Origin: Pseudomonadota bacterium
GTDB taxonomy: Bacteria > Pseudomonadota > Gammaproteobacteria > Burkholderiales > Ferrovaceae
Length of the DNA stretch: 31,106 nt
Reading direction: 5' to 3'
Assembly (NCBI GenBank): GCA_021804705.1
Contig: JAJZHC010000001.1
Coordinates: 1 to 31,106 of the forward strand
Shown here: in pieces, positions 25,065 through 31,106 of the stretch
Position numbering within the stretch: the stretch's first letter is position 1
Layout of the letters: the number at the start of each line of letters is the position of its first letter
The notes under the pieces: model-generated
Seen by the model: the letters and a program-made list of their open reading frames with translations, nothing else
Told to the model about the DNA's origin: nothing
Database searches by the model: none
Made by a program: the position numbers and the translations under genes

Positions 25065-25757
25065 TCAGCGGGTCAGGAATAACAGCCCGAACAGCAGGGG
25101 CTGGTGCACCATGTACACCACGAGGCTGTGGCGCCCCAGAAACTGTGTGGCGCGGGGCAGCGCCGGGCCCGGGCTGCGGCGGGTTGCGGGGCCAGCCAGG
25201 ACCGGAAAGCGCTGTTCGGCCCACACGCCCAGCCACAGCAGGCCCAGCCACGGAATGAGCGGGGCATAATCCTCGGTTTGCGGTTTTTGGGCAGCAAGGC
25301 CTACCCAGTTTAGCCAGCGTGTGTCCATGGTGTCCCAGCCCACACTCCACCCCAGTACGAAAATGGCCAGTCCCGCACCGCCCAGAATCGTGGCATGGCG
25401 CAGCAAAGGGCGTGTCAGCAGGGTGGCCACCACAAAGAAATGCAACACGCCGAAGTAAATCCAGCGAGGGCCAAACAGCACGGCCGTGGCTGCGCTCACC
25501 AGCAGCGCACAAGCCGATAGCTGCAGCAGGCGGATCCCTGCACTGCGTTGCGAACCTGCACGGGAGAGGCTCAGGCTCACCCCGGCCAGAAAGACGAAGC
25601 TACCCACGATGACGCTGCGCCACAACATCCAGAGGGGGTCTTCCAGCATGTGGAAGTGGGCATAACCGAAGTAGGTAAGGTCATAGCAGCCGTGATAGGC
25701 CACCATCATCAGGACGGCGACCCCGCGCAGCAGGTCAATGCGCGGGTGGCGGAGCAA
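25065..25757 (-). CDS. DUF1624 / HGSNAT-like membrane acyltransferase-family protein
   Basis: RIDLLRGVAVLMMVAYH, FVFLAGVS, IYFGVLHF, TEDYAPLIPW and LGRHSLVVYMVHQP; multi-TM. Its start overlaps the gspC stop. Confidence 0.82.
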   Translation of the reverse strand: MLRHPRIDLLRGVAVLMMVAYHGCYDLTYFGYAHFHMLEDPLWMLWRSVIVGSFVFLAGVSLSLSRAGSQRSAGIRLLQLSACALLVSAATAVLFGPRWIYFGVLHFFVVATLLTRPLLRHATILGGAGLAIFVLGWSVGWDTMDTRWLNWVGLAAQKPQTEDYAPLIPWLGLLWLGVWAEQRFPVLAGPATRRSPGPALPRATQFLGRHSLVVYMVHQPLLFGLLFLTR

Positions 25758-26181
25758 TTTTTGCGGCAGAGCGAGCGGCGAGCGTCAGGGTTTCGCGCAC
25801 CCCGTTGCGCTCCAGGGTGACGGATTGCGCGGTCACTTCGGTAAGCCTGATGCCCGGCGCGATCTCGCTGCCGATCTTGTGTGCGCGTGCGGGTCCGCCG
25901 TTGATCGAGAGCACGGCCACACTGTCCTCGGGTGGGGCCACGATGACGCCGCGCAACAGCACAGGTCCGCTGCCGGCCCCGGCGCCGGTGAAGAGGCCGC
26001 GCCAGGTGGCGCTGCCAGGTTCCGTGCTGTTGGCCAGTGGCGCCACGGGGGCAGGCAGGGGCGTGGGGGCCAACAGGCGCATGGACCACAGCCCGGCCAG
26101 GCTGGCCAGCAGCAGAAGTGCCCCCCAGCGGACCACTTGGGGCAATAGTAGCGTGGATGAATGAAAGCGCAGGGTGGCCAT
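25735..26181 (-). CDS. gspC: Type II secretion protein C (short, TM plus HR domain, no PDZ)
   Basis: N-terminal TM, Pro-rich linker, LLRGVI...AVLSING....IG.EI..G.RL.EV....V.LERNG..E.L.L HR-domain pattern; divergent from gspG. Confidence 0.75.
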   Translation of the reverse strand: MATLRFHSSTLLLPQVVRWGALLLLASLAGLWSMRLLAPTPLPAPVAPLANSTEPGSATWRGLFTGAGAGSGPVLLRGVIVAPPEDSVAVLSINGGPARAHKIGSEIAPGIRLTEVTAQSVTLERNGVRETLTLAARSAAKIAPPPAH

Positions 26182-26264
26182 GATCTCGCTACGATACTGA
26201 TTTTTTCACCCAACCTCCAGCATTGTGTGGAAAACGAATCATAGTTCCGGTAGCATCTACCCTC

Positions 26265-26708
26265 ATGATTGCGCCCAAATCCCGTCCCGGCTTGGCCCCA
26301 CAAGGGGGTTTTACCCTCATCGAAATCATGGTGGTGATGGTCATCATCGGCATTCTTGCCGCATTGGTGGTGCCGCGCGTCATGAACCGGCCCGATGAGG
26401 CGCGCCGCATTGCAGCCCGTCAGGATGTGGCCACCATTGTGCAGGCCTTGAAGCTCTACCGCCTGGATAACGGCCGCTACCCCACCACCGAGCAAGGTCT
26501 GGCGGCGCTGGTCACACAACCCGCAACCGAGCCTCTCCCCACCAACTGGAAGGCCTGCCTTGACGTCCTGCCCAAAGATCCCTGGGGCAAACCCTATCAA
26601 TATGCCAACCCCGGCCAGCACGGCGAAATCGACGTCTGGAGCATGGGTGCCGACGGACAGCCCGGCGGCGAAGGTAATGACGCGGACATCGGCAACTGGA
26701 GTCCCTGA
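26265..26708 (+). CDS. gspG: T2SS major pseudopilin
   Basis: G|FTLIEIMVV, ALKLYRLDNGRYPTTEQGL, PKDPWG.PYQY and DIGNW. Confidence 0.97.
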   Translation: MIAPKSRPGLAPQGGFTLIEIMVVMVIIGILAALVVPRVMNRPDEARRIAARQDVATIVQALKLYRLDNGRYPTTEQGLAALVTQPATEPLPTNWKACLDVLPKDPWGKPYQYANPGQHGEIDVWSMGADGQPGGEGNDADIGNWSP

Positions 26709-27171
26709 CGCCGGTTTCACCCTGATCGAACTGATGGTGGTGCTGTTGATTGTGGGCATTGCCATGGCAGCAGTGACGCTGTCGTTTCGATCCCCCACGC
26801 AGCACCCCTTGGGGCGCGAAGCCGAGCGCCTGGCAGCCGTCCTCAATCTGGCCCGGGATGAAGCACAACTCAGTGGGCAACCCGTGATGCTCAAGCTCGA
26901 TCGGTTGGGCTGGCGTTTTTTTCAGTCGGGCCCAACGGGTTGGACGGCGTTACCGGACGACGTATTGCCGCCTGGACAATTCAATCCACCGCTTGATCGC
27001 GTGGTGTTTGGCGCCGGCGACAGTACGGGTGATTCCCAGATGGTTCAATACTGGATTGGCATCGAAGAAATGGATGACTTCAAGGGCATGATGCTGCGAC
27101 GCGGAGCCCAGGAAGCGCAACTGGTGACCGATGGTCTGGGTCATTATCGCGTTGGCATGAACAGCCCATGA
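26677..27171 (+). CDS. gspH: T2SS minor pseudopilin H
   Basis: G|FTLIELMVV and EAERLAAVLNLARDEA; the start overlaps the gspG 3' end. Confidence 0.88.
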   Translation: MTRTSATGVPDAGFTLIELMVVLLIVGIAMAAVTLSFRSPTQHPLGREAERLAAVLNLARDEAQLSGQPVMLKLDRLGWRFFQSGPTGWTALPDDVLPPGQFNPPLDRVVFGAGDSTGDSQMVQYWIGIEEMDDFKGMMLRRGAQEAQLVTDGLGHYRVGMNSP

Positions 27172-27548
27172 AAATGTCTTCCCGAGGGTTTACCCTGATT
27201 GAAGTGCTGGTGGCCTTGTTCATCACGGGGCTGGCGCTGGCTGCCGGCATGCGTGCCCTGGGCGTGGTGACACGCGCCAGCGAAGACCTGGCGCCGCGGC
27301 TTGCCGCTCAATGGAGTGCTGACAATGCCCTGGCGGAGTTGCGTCTGCGTCGGCTCTGGCCCGATCTGGGTGAGTACCGTTTTGCCTGTCCCCAGGGCCC
27401 CTACGCCCTGCGCTGCGTCGAGCGGGTGGCCGATACGCCCAACCCGGTGTTTCGCCGTGTGGAAGTGAGTGTGATGGGGGAAGCAGATGACCAGGTGTTG
27501 GCCACGGCAGTGACGCTGGTGGTGAATGGACCCGCCTATGTCCTCTGA
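27168..27548 (+). CDS. gspI: T2SS minor pseudopilin I
   Basis: G|FTLIEVLVAL, AQWSADNALAELRL and TPNPVFRRVEVSV; ATGA overlap with gspH. Confidence 0.92.
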   Translation: MKMSSRGFTLIEVLVALFITGLALAAGMRALGVVTRASEDLAPRLAAQWSADNALAELRLRRLWPDLGEYRFACPQGPYALRCVERVADTPNPVFRRVEVSVMGEADDQVLATAVTLVVNGPAYVL

Positions 27549-28182
27549 CGCGCGCGGCTTTACCCTGATGGAAGTGATGGTGGCGCTGTTGTTGATGGCG
27601 GTGATGTCGGTGCTGTCCTGGCGTGCACTCGATTCCATGGTGCGCACGCGTGAAGCATTGCAAGTGCGCGGCCAGCAATTCGACGGGGTGCGTACCCTGT
27701 TTGCCCAGTGGGAGAGTGACTGCCGCGACCTCGGCCCGCCTGATCGCTGGGTGGCAGGCCTGCCGTTGCATTTCGACACCAACCGCGTGGATTTGATTCG
27801 CAGTCGCATGGATGGCACGGGAGTGCACCATCTGGTGCTTGTCACCTACCGCGCACGCGGGACCGCCATCGAACGTCTGGAATCGCCACCCATAGAGGGC
27901 CGTGCCGAATTGCTGCAAAGCTGGCAGAGCCTCCAGCAGAACGGAGACCTGGATACCCTGTACGCGGTTTCGCCCGTGGCCTTGATCCATCGTAGTGCGG
28001 GGTTGGCGGGGCGCGGCTTCATGGAATTCGGGGAGTGGAGCGACAGCAGTGCGCAAATGGCAGAGCAATGGTTGAAACCCCGGGCCTTTGGCAACGCCTT
28101 GTTGATGGGCATTGAACTGACCGTGGTGATGCCCGATGCGCCGGCCCCCCTGCGCAAGGTCTGTTTGACGGGGCAGGACTGA
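27538..28182 (+). CDS. gspJ: T2SS minor pseudopilin J
   Basis: G|FTLMEVMVALLLMAVMSVLSWRALDSM; position in the operon. Confidence 0.88.
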   Translation: MSSDARGFTLMEVMVALLLMAVMSVLSWRALDSMVRTREALQVRGQQFDGVRTLFAQWESDCRDLGPPDRWVAGLPLHFDTNRVDLIRSRMDGTGVHHLVLVTYRARGTAIERLESPPIEGRAELLQSWQSLQQNGDLDTLYAVSPVALIHRSAGLAGRGFMEFGEWSDSSAQMAEQWLKPRAFGNALLMGIELTVVMPDAPAPLRKVCLTGQD

Positions 28183-29192
28183 TGGGGCGGAACACACAAC
28201 GCGGGGCGGCCTTGCTGGCGGCGATGCTGGTGGTGACCCTGGCCACCACGCTGGTGAGCGGCCTGCTCTGGCGCGAACATCTGCGGGTGCGCACCCTGGA
28301 AAACCAGCGCCTGCGCGATGAGGCCGGATGGGTAGGCACGGGGGCCCTGGACTGGGCGCGCCTCGTGTTGCGCGAAGACCTTTACCAAACCCGTTCGGTG
28401 GACCATCTGGGTGAGGTATGGGCTATCCCCATTGCCGAAACGCCCATGTCCGATTTCCTGAAAAGTCAGGGCATCGTATCGGGTGCTACGGATGCCGACT
28501 CCGAGATCTGGCTGGCTGGGGGCATCGTGGATGCCACCTCGCGCTTTAATCTCACTTCGCTCGTGGAAGTGAATAATCCCCTGGGAGACCGGGGCTGGGT
28601 AACCGCCACCGGGATCAATACCGAAGCCGTCGCGATTTTTGCGAGGTTGTTGCAAAATCTCGGACTAGACCCGGCGGGGGCGCCGTTGGTGGCAAAACGC
28701 ATGCTGCAAAGCAGGGTGCCCCAAACCGCAGAAGGAGACGCGCCACTGCCCATTGGCAGCGCACTCGATCTTCTGGACCTGATTCCCGATGCCACGCCAG
28801 ACGCCCTGGCACAATTGGCGCAGTACACGGTGGTGCTGCCCCGCCCCACACCGGTCAACGCCAACACGGCGTCAGCGGTTGTTCTGGCCGCGGTGCTGGG
28901 GGTGGACCAGGGAACGGCCGAGCAGGTGATTGCCGAGCGCAACCAGGCCTTTTTTATGGATAACATGACCCTGACAAGCCGGGTGCACACGCGCGCACCG
29001 CAGGGATTGACCATCGGCTCGCGCAATCTGGGCGTCAGTTCGGAATATTTTTGGGTGGTGGCGCGCTTGCGCCACGGCCGGGTGTCGGTCACGCAGCAGG
29101 CGCTGGTGGCGCGGCGTGCGCATCCGGGTAATGCAACGCAGGTATTATGGCAGAAGCCTGGCTTGCCGGACGGCGTCAGCGTAGGAGGATAG
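28182..29192 (+). CDS. gspK: T2SS minor pseudopilin K
   Basis: QRG|AALL without Glu5, DWARLVLRED, DHLGEVWA, SRFNL, VNANTA and GVSSEYF. Confidence 0.92.
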   Translation: MGRNTQRGAALLAAMLVVTLATTLVSGLLWREHLRVRTLENQRLRDEAGWVGTGALDWARLVLREDLYQTRSVDHLGEVWAIPIAETPMSDFLKSQGIVSGATDADSEIWLAGGIVDATSRFNLTSLVEVNNPLGDRGWVTATGINTEAVAIFARLLQNLGLDPAGAPLVAKRMLQSRVPQTAEGDAPLPIGSALDLLDLIPDATPDALAQLAQYTVVLPRPTPVNANTASAVVLAAVLGVDQGTAEQVIAERNQAFFMDNMTLTSRVHTRAPQGLTIGSRNLGVSSEYFWVVARLRHGRVSVTQQALVARRAHPGNATQVLWQKPGLPDGVSVGG

Positions 29193-29205
29193 ACAAATTT
29201 CTGAG

Positions 29206-30366
29206 GTGTTAACCTGCTGGGTGGCCCTGCCGCTCAAGCCGCAATCAGGCCCGGATCGTTGGTCATTGGGCAATATGCCCTTTGTCCTGACGGCAGGGCG
29301 TGATGTGCCTCGTCTTGTGCGCGAGGGCCAGGCCCCCCTGGGTGAATTGCCTCCTGCAGCACACACGGTGCTGGTAATGGCATCCCCCGACGTGCTATTG
29401 CTGGAGGCGCCCTGGCCCCATCTGGAAACGCTGTCCAGCGACCGCATGCGTGAAGCCCTGCCCAACCTCCTGGAAGAATCCCTGATCCAGCCCGTGGAAC
29501 AGTGTCATTTTGCCCTGGGTGCGCGTGATGCTGCGCGCAACGTCATGACGGTGGCCGTGGTGGATCTCGCCTGGATGCGCTTTGTGCATGAGGCGTTTTC
29601 CGGGGCAGGGCGAACCGCGCTCAGGGTGGTGCCGGCACAGCTGCTGCAACCGCAGGGGGCGCTCGAAACCCAGATGCTGCGTCCGGCCTTGAACGATATG
29701 GGGCTGGAGGAGCGCACGGTGCTGAGCTGGCGCAGCGCGGCCCAGTCGGGTTGGGGTTTGTCCCTGAATGCGCTGAATGCGCTGAATGCGCAGGAGAGTC
29801 TGCCAGCGCTGCCGCAACTGCCCCAGGGCATCACGGCGCATCCTTCGGGGGGGCTGCGCGCCTGGGCGCTCTCCGGCGAAGCCGGGGGTGCCGTCAACTT
29901 ATGTCAGTTTGAATTTGCGCCGCCCCTGGGTGGTCTGCTGGAGCACCTGCGCCCCTGGCGGTCGGCCCTGGTATTGCTGGGGTTGGCGCTGCTGTTGCAG
30001 CTGCTGGCAGTCAACGCCTACTGGGCCAAACTGGTCTGGCAGAAACGCCAGATCACCCAGGCCATGCAGGCCTTGGTGCGCGACACGCTGCCCAACGCGC
30101 CACAGGACCTCCCTCCGGCGCTGGCCCTGAAGCGCGCTCTGGAAAACCAGCGCGCCGGACAGGGAGGCGCGTTGCCTGGCGATTTTTCAGTGCTGGCCTC
30201 GCGGCTTGCTGCCCTGCTGGCCAATGAGCCGGGCGATACGTTGCAACAGCTGGAGTATCGTGACGACAGTTTCTATCTCCGTTTCAAGCCCGGGGCGGCG
30301 GTGAAAAGTCCGATGCTGCATGACGAGGGGCGTGGGGTATGGCGCCTCAACGGGGGGGGGCGATGA
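29206..30366 (+). CDS. gspL: T2SS inner-membrane platform protein L
   Basis: ALPNLLEESL...CHFALG, VAVVD..W, VNLCQFEF, a single TM segment and LQQLEYRD. Confidence 0.88.
   Translation: MLTCWVALPLKPQSGPDRWSLGNMPFVLTAGRDVPRLVREGQAPLGELPPAAHTVLVMASPDVLLLEAPWPHLETLSSDRMREALPNLLEESLIQPVEQCHFALGARDAARNVMTVAVVDLAWMRFVHEAFSGAGRTALRVVPAQLLQPQGALETQMLRPALNDMGLEERTVLSWRSAAQSGWGLSLNALNALNAQESLPALPQLPQGITAHPSGGLRAWALSGEAGGAVNLCQFEFAPPLGGLLEHLRPWRSALVLLGLALLLQLLAVNAYWAKLVWQKRQITQAMQALVRDTLPNAPQDLPPALALKRALENQRAGQGGALPGDFSVLASRLAALLANEPGDTLQQLEYRDDSFYLRFKPGAAVKSPMLHDEGRGVWRLNGGGR
29764..29790 (+). repeat. Perfect 9-bp tandem repeat (CTGAATGCG)x3 inside gspL
   Basis: Read directly; encodes LNA-LNA-LNA in frame. 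Confidence 0.9.
30352..30360 (+). repeat. G9 homopolymer at the gspL/gspM junction
   Basis: Nine consecutive G, 2 nt before the gspM ATG. Confidence 0.9.
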
Positions 30367-30866
30367 AACTTTCTGGCGCGCAACAGGTTTTGCTGCTGCT
30401 CTGGCGCGGACGCAGCCTGCGCGAGCGCGCCGTGCTGGCGGCCCTGGCGGCCTTGCTGCTGGTGCTGGCAGGATATGGGCTGCTGTGGCAGCCTGCTGCA
30501 ACCAACAGCGCCAGGTTGCAGCAGGAGTTGCCGCAGATGCGCACTGATCTGGCGCACATGCAGGCCATGGCGGCAGAACTGGCCGCTTCACGCAGTCGGA
30601 CTGCGACGGTCGTGCCCGTGGGCGCCGGGCTGCAGGCTGCGTTGCAGCAGTCCTTGCAGGACCAGGGGTTGTCCGCTCAAAAACTATCCATACGGGCGGA
30701 TGGGCGCATCATGCTGGAGTGGCATGACGCGCCCTTCAGCAGCATGGCGGACTGGCTGGACCAGGCCCGGCAGAAATGGCGGGTGAGAGTGGTGGAAGGC
30801 CATGTGGAGCGCACCCTCCATCCGGGTGACGTGAATGCCCGTCTGGTATTGCGGGGCGGAGATTAG
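30363..30866 (+). CDS. gspM: T2SS protein M
   Basis: W..RSLRER..L, a TM segment, LWQPA, and F.S..DWL..AR....VRV; ATGA overlap with gspL. Confidence 0.9.
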   Translation: MKLSGAQQVLLLLWRGRSLRERAVLAALAALLLVLAGYGLLWQPAATNSARLQQELPQMRTDLAHMQAMAAELAASRSRTATVVPVGAGLQAALQQSLQDQGLSAQKLSIRADGRIMLEWHDAPFSSMADWLDQARQKWRVRVVEGHVERTLHPGDVNARLVLRGGD

Positions 30867-30868
30867 CG

Positions 30869-31106
30869 GTGCGCAGACCAGTCGTCCTCGAGACGTTGCT
30901 CTTTGTCCTGGTGCTGGTGCTGGTGGCCCTGATGAACGTGCCGGCCAGCTGGGTGGCGTTGCGCGTGGCGCAGACCACTGGCCAGAAGCTGTTGCTGACC
31001 AATAGTACCGGCACCCTGTGGCACGGCTCGGCCGAAATGGCGCTGTCGGCGGGGCCGGATGCTCTGGGGGTTTTCCCCGGGCGGGTGAGCTGGCGCCTGG
31101 CACCAG
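30869..31106 (+). CDS. gspN: T2SS protein N, 5' part; runs off the window end
   Basis: Not in the ORF track. GTG start: MRRPVVLETLLFVLVLVLVALMNVPASWVALRVAQTTGQKLLLTNSTGTLWHGSAEMAL...VSWRL; the PASW...GTLWxGSA signature fits GspN. Confidence 0.85.
   Translation, partial: MRRPVVLETLLFVLVLVLVALMNVPASWVALRVAQTTGQKLLLTNSTGTLWHGSAEMALSAGPDALGVFPGRVSWRLAP

Noticed and set aside
23590-28655. Long antisense ORFs (23590-24780, 25833-26894, 27223-28197, 27846-28655) and similar shadows over cgs
   Set aside because: They lie opposite well-supported genes in GC-rich DNA, have no recognisable motifs and are typical shadow frames.
1-31106. CRISPR arrays, tRNA/rRNA genes, IS elements, integrase or att repeats at the island edges
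   Set aside because: No regularly spaced repeats, RNA-gene signatures, transposase/integrase motifs or boundary direct repeats longer than ~6 bp were seen by eye.
25735-31106. Absence of gspD/E/F and prepilin peptidase as a sign of a defective T2SS
   Set aside because: The operon runs off the window inside gspN; D/E/F can follow N in this gene order, so nothing can be concluded.

Overview
A 31 kb chromosomal window from what looks like a betaproteobacterium (inferred from the gene families and the gspC/gspG-N layout). It has three zones. (1) 1-1700: housekeeping genes (partial MazG-like pyrophosphohydrolase, FlK-type thioesterase, asparaginase). (2) ~1700-21930: a lower-GC envelope/general-stress block. 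It contains Ysc84/SYLF, Spy/CpxP, DUF4398, DUF4398-OmpA, DUF3309, BON, a His-rich mini-protein, PA2779-like, a full OmpA, a Big_5-DUF3494 ice-binding-type lipoprotein, a broken Nramp, two intact and one decayed Crp/Fnr-family regulators, and a ~2,900 aa cyclic beta-1,2-glucan synthase. (3) 21930-31106: a DUF6502-DUF5666 pair, a DUF1624 acyltransferase-like gene and the type II secretion genes gspC and gspG-H-I-J-K-L-M-N (N partial). The strongest signal not explained by the ORF track is a 16-bp palindrome, TGTRCG-N4-CGYACA. It occurs seven times in intergenic DNA of zone 2, and six copies have an nAnnnT -10-like hexamer exactly 21 nt away on the side of a downstream gene, which is class II Crp/Fnr activator geometry. 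This defines a candidate self-contained Crp/Fnr regulon covering the ice-binding protein, the cyclic glucan synthase and the regulators themselves. A second notable element is a near-consensus sigma70 promoter with a 19-bp palindromic operator in its spacer, predicted to give a leaderless DUF6502 mRNA. Family names come from my motif recognition, not database searches. No tRNA, rRNA, CRISPR array, transposase or integrase was recognised.
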